Assembly (NCBI RefSeq): GCF_963921235.1
Contig: NC_086097.1
Location: forward strand, 70,992,001 to 71,056,000
From: Mobula hypostoma
Taxonomy: Eukaryota
Reading direction: 5' to 3'
Length of the DNA: 64,000 nt
In this document: positions 54,540 to 64,000 of the stretch, piece after piece
Layout of the letters: each line of letters opens with the position of its first letter
Position numbering within the stretch: the stretch's first letter is position 1
Program-made: the position numbers and the translations under genes
Notes under the pieces: model-generated
Seen by the model: the letters and a program-made list of their open reading frames with translations, nothing else
Database searches by the model: none
What the model was told of the DNA's origin: nothing

Positions 54540-55230
54540 AAATACGGATTGGTTAAGTATGTGGGGCAAAGATCTGGCCAAGGTGAGAGGTGGTAGGGCT
54601 AAGAATTCCAAGGGATCTGTGTGTCCTGATTCACAAATGGAAAATATTTAGCTGCAAGTAATTAGGAAAAATCAATATTGTAGTTTATTGGTCATATCAA
54701 ACACAAATGTAGAGAGGCTATGCTCTCCTTACTGTAATCATTGTTAGTCTCCTTTATATTGATACATTAGAAGCAGTTCAGAGAAGGTTTATTAGATTAA
54801 TACCAAAAATGAGAAAGTAGATGAAGAGAAAGGTGGATACACTGGGGCTTGCATCCACTGCCATTTAGAAGACGGAGGGAACTGGATTGAAATGCAAGGT
54901 TACATGGAGTTTTGATAGGATGGAATTAGAGAAAGTGTTTCCTCTTGAAGGAGGATCGAGAACTAAGGGTCGTTACTTAAGACAAAAGGTTATCTGTTTA
55001 AGAAAAGTAAAATATTCTCTGACAGATGGTCATGGATCTTAGAACTAATTTCCTCAAAGGCGAGTAGAAGGAAAGACTTTATACATTCTTAGGTCAGAGG
55101 TAGATAGAAAGTTGATAAAAATGCAAAGTTAGGGTAACAATCAGATCAACCATAATAGGACTCACTAATGGAGCGAGCTTGAGGGGATGAGTGGCCCCTT
55201 TGGTATCCCGATCCCTGATCGGTATGTTTG
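54540..55230 (+). mobile_element. Old degraded CR1-type LINE fragment
   Basis: Patchy similarity to CR1 ORF2 end (TTAGAAGCAGTTCAGAGAAGGTTTATTAGATTAATACCA = LEAVQRRFIRLIP) and 3' UTR. Confidence 0.65.
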
Positions 55231-56748
55231 CATCATCCAGTCTCCACTATCGATGTCTTGGGAAGATTTCATTGGCAAGAAATGTGCCTGGCCCAGCCAC
55301 ATAATATATGCACAATAAAGTGAATAAAGTATATTCTGTGGCGAGATTACCTCTCCAAAAGTCTTTCCACAACTTTAAGCCTTAAAGCAGGAGTGTGAGA
55401 GAATGTGCTTAACTTTCACGAAGCTTGAATTCATCCAGGTAGCCTCTTGCTTGGTGTCAATCACCATCCCAAGGAGGAAGCAAAAATAAATTTAACATGC
55501 TAATAGGAACATTGAAACTTTTCAAAAAAGGATTGGAAAAGAGCTGCTCTCCTCATTCCACAGTGAATTGTAGGAGAATTAAACAATACAAAATAAATAG
55601 ATAGTGATATCAATTTACCAGTGGTACAGGCATCAAAGCACAATCCTTGTGGAGGTCACAAATTGAACTGTAGCCTACTTTTCTCTTCCTTTTCCAATCA
55701 TACTTTTAACATCAAATTATAATGTGCAAATTCATTCGAAGAAAGAAAATTAAACTTTTTTTTCTTTGTCTCTTGGCCTTACCCGAACACGTTTATTCTT
55801 TCACAAAAACTCATGCTGATTTAAGTTGTGAATTTTGCCAAGCATTTTCACAACCTGTACTTTCAGTCGAATCACTAGGTATTAAACAGCAATTTGGATT
55901 TTTGTAGAGCCTTTAATGGAGCAAACACCTCAAATGTTTAAAAAAAAAGGTTAACTGAGTTGTGCAAGGAAATAAGACCTTAAGCATCTCGAGGGGATGA
56001 GAGAGGTAGAGCAAGAGAATTCCAGAGCATAGCATCTTGTTGATGTCTCCTTATGCAATAAATTTTTAAGTTGGTATAGCTAGACCTGGCTTGGAACGGA
56101 AGTTCCCCAACCCATTATTCCAAATTTTCAATAGAAATACTGAAATTAAAGATGCTGTGGGAAAAAATACTTCTTTTGGGTCACAAGTTGAAAAATAGTG
56201 TAGCTTTTGTGGAACTAGGTCTGGAATTCTAGCACAAGGTATTTCGTCACTTTGCTGAAGAATAAATGGTTAGATTTCAAGAAATATTTGGTAGTCTCTA
56301 TAATGTAATACACTTTCAGAATTGCAAAAACTGAAAATAAGTTAAAATTCAAATCAAACCTATGGACCTTGACAACTTTTGTTTATTTCAGAGCTGCTGC
56401 TTAACTTTCTGATTAGCATGCCTTTTGTTTTATAGTACTTCAGCGCAACTTGAGAACAAACTGCCGCATAAGTAGCAATCAAACGGTGAACAGAATTATT
56501 CATGTCTGCCAAGGCATTTTTAAAAGGCCTTTATAATTCATGTCAAACACGTATGCATTTTTTGTGATTGTTCATTCAGCCAAATTATGTTGATGGATGG
56601 CTTTTGAAATCTGTAGCCTTGACCTGTTAGATGAGCTTGATTTTTGTTTGCATGCATTTGCTGCTTCCATTGACACACCTAGATTTAAAGTCTAAATTAC
56701 GCTAACAGTTTAGTGCACTAAAAAATGGGCAATTTTTTTATGTTACAG

Positions 56749-56834
56749 CTATTGATGTCATCAACAACCTTTTGCAAGTAAAAATGAGAAAGCGTTTTAG
56801 TGTGGATAAATCTCTAAGTCACCCTTGGTTGCAG
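56749..56834 (+). CDS. PRKD1: Protein kinase D1 exon (86 nt), end of kinase domain
   Basis: ttacAG...GTaaga boundaries; (A)[28 protein letters not shown]. Confidence 0.97.
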
Positions 56835-57055
56835 GTAAGATTCCATAATTCTTTGTAATGCTCAGTTAAAATTTGGTGTTTCTTTACTAAATCATGGAAG
56901 ATGTTTCAATAGTAACTCCAGGGTAAACTATGAGATGCAAAACAAAGATTCTTACAGAAACATGAGAAAATCTGCAGATGCTGGAATTTCAAGCAACGCA
57001 CATAAAAGTTGCTGGTGAACACAGCAGGCCAGGCAGCATCTCCAGGAAGAGGTAC

Positions 57056-57092
57056 GGTCGACGTTTCGGGCCGAGACCCTTCATCAGGACTA
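57056..57092 (-). ncRNA. Minimal type I hammerhead ribozyme motif in the inverted Penelope pLTR
   Basis: Minus strand reads TAGTC-CTGATGA-A-GGGT-CTCG-GCCC-GAAA-CGTC-GACC: conserved core, stem II, palindromic ACGT stem III, GUC cleavage triplet and GTC/GAC stem I. Confidence 0.75.
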
Positions 57093-58267
57093 ACTGAAAT
57101 ACTGGCTCTCACAGCTATCTGGACTATTCCTCTTCTCACCCTGTCTCTTGCAAAAATGCCATCTCCTTCTCGCCATCTCCGCCGCATCTGCTCTCAGGAT
57201 GAGGCTTTTCATTCCAGGACGAAAGAGGTGTCCTCCTTTTTCAAAGAAAGGGGCTTCCCTTCCTCCACCATCAACTCTGCTCTCAAACGCATTTCCCCCA
57301 TTTCACACGCATCTGCTCTCACCCCATCCTCCTGCCACCCCACTAGGAATAGGGTTCCCCTTGTCCTCACCTACCACCCCACCAGCCTCCAGGTCCAACA
57401 TATAATCCTCCGTAACTTCCGCCACCTCCAACGGGATCCCACCACTAAGCACATCTTTCCTTCCCCCCCCCCGCCTGCTTTCCGCAGGGATCGCTCCCTA
57501 CGCGACTCCCTTGTCCATTCGTCCCCCCCATCCCTTCCCACCAATCTCCCTCCCGGCACTTATCCTTGTAAGCGGAACAAGTGCTACACATGCCCTTACA
57601 CTTCCTCCCTTACCACCATTCAGGGCCACAGACAGTCCTTCCAGGTGAGGCAACACTTCACCTGTGAGTCGGCTGGGGTGATTTACTGCGTCCGGTGCTC
57701 CCAATGCGGCCTTCTATATAATGGCGAGACACAATGCAGACTAGGAGATCGTTTTACTGAACACCTACGCTCTGTCCGCCAGAGAAAGCAGGAACTGCCG
57801 GTGGCCACACATTTTAATTCCACGTCCCATTCCCATTCTGATATGTCTATCCACGGCCTCCTCTACTGTAAAGATGAAGCCACACACCGGTTGGAGGAAC
57901 AACACCTTATATTATGTCTGGGTAGCCTCCAACCTGATGGCATGGACGTTGACTTCCCAAACTTCTGTTAATGCCCCACCTCCCCCTCGTACCCCATTAC
58001 TTGTTCATTTATATACACACATTCTTTTTCTCTCTTTCCTTTTTCTCCCTCTGTCCCTCTCACTATACCCCTTGCCCATCCTCTGGGATTCTCCCCCTCC
58101 CCCTTTCTTTCTCCCCGGACCTCCTGTCCCATGATCCTCTCATATCCCTTTTGCCAATCAACTGTCCAGCTCTTGGCTCCATCCCTCCCCCTCCTGTCTT
58201 CTCCTATCATTTTGGATCTACCCCTTCCCCTCCCACTTTCAAATCTCTTACTAGCTCTTCTTTCATT

Positions 58268-58304
58268 TGGTCCTGATGAAGGGTCTCGGCCCGAAACGTC
58301 AACT
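58268..58304 (+). ncRNA. Minimal hammerhead ribozyme motif in the 3' Penelope pLTR
   Basis: TGGTC-CTGATGA-A-GGGT-CTCG-GCCC-GAAA-CGTC-AACT: core intact, first stem I pair is a C-A mismatch. Confidence 0.7.
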
Positions 58305-58389
58305 GTACCTCTTCCTAAAGATGCTGCTTGGCCTGCTGCGTTCACCAGCAACTCTTATGTGTGATTCTTACAGAAATATCTGCATGATG

Positions 58390-58640
58390 CTAAGCTAGGG
58401 CACATCATCGGTGATGCTACCTCGGGTCGTCGGGTGTTTCGAGTCTTTCAACATCGTACACCCTCGTCCAGGCGACCTGACCAAGGTTGATCCGACCCCG
58501 GCCTGTGCCCTAGCAGCAACCCATGGATCTGCCCTCTTTATCCAGAGCCATCTTGGCGCTTTCTCTGCTGCATCTGTGGTAGTAGAAATGGCTCTCCTTC
58601 TTCTCTCTCCTGTGATTCCAAGTGCAGTGTATACTTTGAA
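58390..58640 (-). mobile_element. 3' fragment of a restriction-like-endonuclease non-LTR retrotransposon (HERO/R2-group-like)
   Basis: Minus strand translates to KVYTALGITGERRRRAISTTTDAAEKAPRWLWIKRADPW, resembling the AAE.ASRWLW.KR C-terminus I recall from HERO-type elements; CpG-rich 3' portion. Confidence 0.65.
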
Positions 58641-59052
58641 GAATCTAATAGTTTAACAACACCTTCTTTAAAAGTTGAATTGTCTGTTTAATTTTTGTTA
58701 AGTCAATGCATTTTGTGTGGCTCTTGTGTTTTCTCATTCTAGAAACTTTAAATCTGGTAGGATGACATTAACACCCAGCAACAATGGAATTGAGGGCAAG
58801 TCCATCAGTGTACCCAAAAATACAATGTTGGTCAGTCCTGTCATGTGTCTTTCCAAACCACTGTTTCCTAGTGATCACCCTTACAACTTAATTATTTGTG
58901 TTGTAAATGTTTATAATGCATTAATTGTTACACATTTGGATTTGGTATAGGATTTATTTTTGGTTCTCTCGTATCATAGAATATGCTGACATTTATGATG
59001 CTGACAAGCTTACCCCATTTTTCATCTAACACTCCCACTGCAATTTCCCATT

Positions 59053-59252
59053 TAGACCATAAGACATAGGAGCAGAATTAGGCCATCTGGCTCATCGAGT
59101 CTGCTCTGCCATTCAATCATGGCTGATCCTCTTTTTTTCTCCTCCTCAGCCCCAGTTCCTGGCCTTCTCCCTGTAATCTTTGATGCCGTGTCCAATCAAG
59201 AACCTATCAATCTCTGCCTTAAATACACCCAACGACCTGGCCTCCACAGCTG
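59053..59252 (-). mobile_element. CR1-type LINE 3' terminal fragment
   Basis: AGACCATAAGACATAGGAGCAGAATTAGGCCAT...ATCATGGCTGATC parallels the 3' end of the CR1 at 53359-53450. Confidence 0.75.
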
Positions 59253-59489
59253 CATTTATTTGGGCCTCATACACTTAGCTTCATCTAAATCTAAGAATAT
59301 TGGCAAGTTATTTTTTAAACTTTTCCTGTACATTCTACAACATTTTATTTATTAAAACATACAATGTAGTCAGCAAATTGAGAGAAACACACTTTTACAG
59401 ATGTGTTCTAATGGAAGGAAATCATGACTATAGCTTCCTCATGTTCTGTATGGTGCTCAGGAAGGCAACTAATGTACAATGAGACCTCT

Positions 59490-60058
59490 TAACATAGTTG
59501 CTGACCAACCCTATGCATCCATCTGCCTGAGAGATATGATGCATTGTCCAGTTGTTGCCAGTCAACAGTCCCAAACAGTGTTGTTCCTCCAACCTAAGTG
59601 TGGCCTCATCACCACAGTGGACTGTTTGGGTAGCCTCCAACCCGATGGCATGAACATCAATTTCTCAAACTTCCGGTAATACTTCCCTTGCCCTCCCCCT
59701 TCACCATTTCCCATCCCCTTATCCCTCCTTTACCTTCTTGCCTGCCTATCACCTCCCTCTGGTGCTCCTTCTCTTTTTTTCTTTCTTCCATAGCCTTCTG
59801 TCTCTTTCACCAATCAACTTCCCAGCTCTTTACTTCATCCCCTCCCCCTCTAGGTTTCACCTATCACCTGGTGTTTCTCTCTCCCCTCCCCCACCTTTTA
59901 AATCTACTCCTCAGCTTCTTTTCTCCAGTCTTGCCGGAGGGTTTTGGCCTGAAACGTCAACTGTACTTTTTCCATAGATGCTGCCTGGCCTGCTGAGTTC
60001 CTCCAGCATTTTGTGTGTGTTTCTCAGATTTTAAGCATTTACAGATTTTCTCTTGTTT
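59490..60058 (+). mobile_element. Penelope-like element 3' fragment related to 56961-58362, degenerate hammerhead core
   Basis: GGGTAGCCTCCAACCCGATGGCATGAAC (LGSLQPDGMNINF), pyrimidine-rich 3' UTR, TTGCCGGAGGGTTTTGGCCTGAAACGTC, and tail ...CATTTACAGATTTTCTCTTGTTT. Confidence 0.8.
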
Positions 60059-60070
60059 GTGAAATAAAAG

Positions 60071-60115
60071 ATATATATATGTGTGTGTGTGTATAATATA
60101 TATATATATATATAT

Positions 60116-60154
<39 letters not shown>

Positions 60155-60172
60155 TACATATATATATATATA
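60071..60172. repeat. Compound (TA)n/(TG)n/(CA)n microsatellite
   Basis: Directly visible dinucleotide runs. Confidence 0.95.
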
Positions 60173-61944
60173 AATTTATCAAATACCCACCTGGAGATAT
60201 ACCCAATCATTTTTATGACCTTTTAGTAGTCCACCGGACCAATCCAGTATGTTCCTGAATACATAATCTCTGCAGTGGCTGTAATTTTTTCATAATGCAC
60301 CATTACATACAGGGCAGACAGCAAAATGTGGATTTTGCAAAGCTATCAGGAAGCAGCAGAACTCAGTGTGATTTCCAGATGTCTTCCTCTGAAAATACAT
60401 CTGTCCTTTGCCTGACAGAGTAAACCCACCAGCACATAAAACGGCAAACACATTGGGCTCTGTGTTACTTTGCCAGCAAAAACTGATTCGACATTTTTAA
60501 AGAGGCAGAGAGCTCACAAGTGAGAGTTTCATTGTAGTCTTGCCAATAACACTTCACAGGGATTTTTTGATCTAGGACATGCAGTCATCTGGTGTTAGAA
60601 GATGGAGTTAAGGCTCTTTTGTATTGTGCCAGCAGAATAATTTACTTGAATGTTCAAATCAGAAACAGGCTACTTGGCCCAACCATATTCCACAGTTATA
60701 CACCATACTGACAGTCGTTGCTGTTTGAAAGGATATTCACTGGGTTTAGTTTTCCTACCTGAATATGGAATCTAGGCAGCACCTTCATGACTCAAGTTAC
60801 AATCTACCTCCCTAGAGAGAAAACTAAGTTTATTCTACAGTCTGGAGCTTGAGTTTGTGGACTATGCTTGAACTCCTGGTGATTGATGAGCAACCTATTG
60901 AAAGTATATAATCCTTGATCAAGTTAAAGGGCTTTCTTTTGCTGCAGTGACCCTGAGTTCATCTACAACTTACCAGACTCCTAATAACTTGCATGGGAAC
61001 ACTCTGGAATTGTATCTTTATTTGCACCAACTCCCCTTAAAATTCCTCTGCACAATTTTTCTCAATTCATCCCTGGAGAAGTTCTAAGTTCTTATCATCC
61101 CCCAAATTCCCTATTAATTTCTTATATTGATTATGTCCAGTTTTAATTTTCAGCAGAAACGGAACCACTTATCTCTTAACAAAAAAAATTATAGCAAAGT
61201 CTCTGTTTTTGTTCCATACTTTTCCTGTTTTCTATTATCCTTATAGGGTTCAGGGATCTTTGTTGTAAATCTGTTTGTGCACATTTTCCCGTGTGTTTTC
61301 TTTCTTTTTCAATCAGATGTTTGAACTACATGGTAGGTTGGTGATAGGTACTGGACAGAATTGGAGAATAGCTTTTCCCACCAGTACAAATAATGTAAAA
61401 GGGTTGAGACATGAATGCTATAGAGCAGGTTAAATTCATCCAGGACTCACCCAACCCTGGATTTTAAGGTGTACATGAACCAGTTGCACTGCCAACTTTT
61501 TGCTGACCTCGAAATTGAATTAGCCTGTAACAGTCCTCTCAGCAAGACAGATAAAAGCCCACCCACAACATGATATTTTGCATGTTGCATTTGAAATACA
61601 TTGTTAGCATCACTTTGTCTAATTGTGTTGCAACTAATTAACTTTAACAGTGTAAATTACCCACAAGGTGACTGCAATTTCTTTGACACTTTTGTGAACA
61701 GAAACAGTGAAACAGCGAAACAGCAGTCCACCCAATATTCTGTTCTATCATTTTCAATAGAAAAGGAAATTAAGCTGGTGTATGCAGTATATGCCATTGC
61801 TGTTACGCATTTTGTGTAATGACTCAAGAAAAATTTCATGCTCTGACATCCCAATATTTATTTGGGCCGTGGGAGCATAGATTAATTTTCCTTAACATTT
61901 GTTTGAGGTATTTATTCTCCACATACTCCCACCAGTGCACCTTT

Positions 61945-61963
61945 AGTCAGTCAGTCAGTCAGT
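61945..61963. repeat. (AGTC)n microsatellite
   Basis: AGTCAGTCAGTCAGTCAGT. Confidence 0.8.
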
Positions 61964-62068
61964 AGCTGAGTTATCAAATGTTTCAGGAGACAAGCCCAGA
62001 ATGAATCATTGAGCTCTTTTCACATATATAAACTTTGGTTCTGATGGAATCCACTTTAACTCGGACCA

Positions 62069-62332
62069 AAGCAGTAGCATTGTAGTTAGCTCAATGCTAT
62101 TACATTTCGGGTTGTCGGTGTTTGGAGTTCAGTTTTGATATTATCTGTAAGGAGTCTGAACATCCTTCCCATGAATGGGTAGGTTTTCTCTGGGTGCTCT
62201 GGTTTCCTCCCACAGTCCAAAGACGTACCGGTTGTTAGGTTAATTGGTCATTGGAAATTGTCCTGTGATTTGGCTAGGGTTGAATGGGGTTGCTGGAGAC
62301 GTGGCTTAAAGGGCTGGAATCTCTAAATAAAA
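62069..62332 (+). mobile_element. tRNA-derived V-SINE (HE1-like), older copy
   Basis: Degenerate A/B boxes and central domain GGTGCTCTGGTTTCCTCCCACAGTCCAAAGAC; homologous to the adjacent copy. Confidence 0.75.
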
Positions 62333-62342
62333 TATGCCTGTA

Positions 62343-62638
62343 GGGGGCAGCACAGTAGCATAGTGATTAGCACAACGTTTTACAGTACCAGCGACACAGG
62401 TTCGATTCCCATCGCTTTCTCTAAGGAGTTTGTATGTTCTCCCTGTGGCCGTGTGGGTTTCCTCCAGGCGCTCCGGTTCCTTCCCACAGTCCAAAGATGT
62501 AACAGTTGGTAGGTTAATAGGTCGTTGTTAATTGTCCCATGATTAGGCTAGGGTTAAGTCAGGGTTTCTGGGCGATGTGGCTCAAAGGGCTGGAAGTTCT
62601 GATTCTGCACTGTATCTGAATCAATCAATAAATAAATA
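62343..62638 (+). mobile_element. tRNA-derived V-SINE (HE1-like)
   Basis: A box TAGCATAGTGA (62356-62366), B box GGTTCGATTCC (62399-62409), V-domain GTGGGTTTCCTCCAGGCGCTCCGGTTCCTTCCCACAGTCCAAAGA, and AATC/AATA tail. Confidence 0.85.
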
Positions 62639-63359
62639 GATGTTGCTGTGCTTCTCACATTGATGGTCAACTGGTTTGACGTAAGCAAAATAAATTGTTA
62701 AAGGATCCTGCCAGTAAATGTCTCTGTCCATATTTTAAACCCATTCATTTACAGAGCGAGAGGGAGAGGGAAAAGGTCTTTGTCTTATGTACTTAACAGT
62801 AAAAATTATTACATACCATTAATATAATGTGAGCATTATAAGGTCTGATTAAAAGCTTACAGTACACTGTATTTGTATTTTACCTTTTTTAGGTTTTATG
62901 TTAGGTATAAAAACAATCAGCATTGTAGACTTGTCCTGGTGTTAAAGATTTTCATCTGCGGCAATTTTTGCAAAGTCAGCACTGAAGTTCTCTGCTGCTT
63001 CATGATCAGTAGACACTTTATCTTTAAACTTCTTAAAATCTTTAGAAATTTAATGCTGTGCCTTTTCTTAAATTTCTGCAATGAGACTGCTGAATATTCA
63101 CTATTCAATTTTCAATTTCAATAGATCTCTGCTTGTTTCATGATCAATATAACGTTAAGCAGGATATGTTCACTTTAACACTGATGACTCCACTCTTTCA
63201 ACATACAATAAAGATGTTAATCTTTTGCTTTATGCAGTGTTTTTTTCTATTTTTCACTAACTTCTGTTTATTATATATGTGAGGTCACTTCTCAGACCTG
63301 TCTGTGGTGTGCAGAGACAAGCACATCACCTGGGATTCTTCCCAGCATCTTGTGCAGTT

Positions 63360-63443
63360 TTCCATTTGTGATGTCATGTCATAAAAATTACAGATTTTGG
63401 AGATTTTTGGATTTTGGATTTTCGGATAAGGGGTATTTAACTT
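63360..63443. mobile_element. Possible terminus of a Tigger-like MITE
   Basis: GGATTTTGGATTTTCGGATAAGGGGTATTTAACTT resembles Tigger-type termini; partner TIR not found. Confidence 0.35.
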
Positions 63444-63694
63444 AACCATTTCAATTGTTTAAGTGCACGTACTAACGTTAAGTTGTACCTTTTCTCCTAA
63501 CCATTGTGGAATGATTCCTAAAAGTGATAGTTAATGGAAGTTAAAGGATTTCAGGATGTATATTGTATACATTTCCCTAACATTAAATGTACTTATTGAA
63601 TCCTATTGAAGTTATTGCCCATTCCACAAAGAGTGTGTGTATAAAATGGTTTGCTAGAATTTGAATATGCAATCTATTCACTCTCATTTTGAAG

Positions 63695-63913
63695 GATTAC
63701 CAAACGTGGCTGAATTTACGAGAGCTTGAGTGCAAATTTGGTGAACGTTATATCACTCACGAGAGTGACGATGCCCGTTGGGAAGAGTTTGCTGGACAGC
63801 ATGGCCTGGAGTATCCAATGCATCTAGTCAACCATAAATCTGACTACTGTGAGAGTACTGTGGAGGAAGAGGCAGAAATGAAAGCTCTAAATGAGCGGGT
63901 CAGTATTCTCTGA
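63695..63913 (+). CDS. PRKD1: Protein kinase D1 terminal coding exon (219 nt including TGA)
   Basis: ttttgaAG acceptor; [34 protein letters not shown]...[12 protein letters not shown]. The C-terminal VSIL PDZ-binding/autophosphorylation motif points to PRKD1 rather than PRKD2 (ISVL) or PRKD3 (no such motif). Confidence 0.97.
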   Translation, partial: DYQTWLNLRELECKFGERYITHESDDARWEEFAGQHGLEYPMHLVNHKSDYCESTVEEEAEMKALNERVSIL

Positions 63914-64000
63914 AAGAACCTATGGTTTTAAGAATATTCATGAGCACAGAGCGGAAACAGAAAAGAATCTATCAAGTAACTGCAACTTCTATCCTCACCA

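Larger units (their letters stand above)
56961..58362 (+). mobile_element. Penelope-like element, 5'-truncated, GIY-YIG endonuclease region, inverted 5' pseudo-LTR
   Basis: Frame ...LRRICS...PLVLTYHP...PCKRNKCYTC...VIYCVRCSQCGLLYNGETQCRLGDRFTEHLRS...LQPDGMDVDF. 56998-57099 is a reverse complement of ~58261-58362. Perfect 14-bp TSD GATTCTTACAGAAA (56947-56960, 58363-58376). Confidence 0.93.

Noticed and set aside
56520..56700. Possible cryptic or poison exon with a TGCATG (RBFOX) motif upstream of the 86-nt exon
   Set aside because: Only an AG and a single hexamer; no convincing donor and no conservation data.
57009..57971. 320-aa ORF as a host gene or domesticated nuclease
   Set aside because: It is a chimera of the inverted pLTR and a truncated Penelope ORF within a TSD-bounded insertion; the YIG motif reads YNG.
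62343..62415. tRNA gene
   Set aside because: A and B boxes are present but there is no complete cloverleaf, and it continues into a SINE body.

Overview
Vertebrate genomic DNA, most likely a cartilaginous fish (ray or shark; inferred from the repeat families). The first ~40.7 kb is one uninterrupted head-to-tail satellite of a 45-bp, GC- and CpG-rich monomer (~900 copies, running off the left edge) with nested higher-order duplications. All the giant ORFs there are artefacts of a monomer whose length is a multiple of 3. The remaining ~23 kb holds the last eight coding exons of protein kinase D1 (PRKD1, + strand; kinase domain and C-terminal ERVSIL), so the satellite most likely lies inside the preceding PRKD1 intron. 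The introns carry a solo LTR with a 4-bp TSD, a pogo/Tigger-derived element, CR1 LINE fragments, tRNA-derived V-SINEs, a restriction-like-endonuclease (HERO-like) retrotransposon fragment and three Penelope-like elements, two with inverted pseudo-LTRs bearing minimal hammerhead ribozyme motifs. The most unusual observations are the intronic mega-satellite (each monomer resembles a 3' splice site on the sense strand and the 7SL Alu domain on the antisense strand) and the ribozyme-bearing inverted Penelope insertions.
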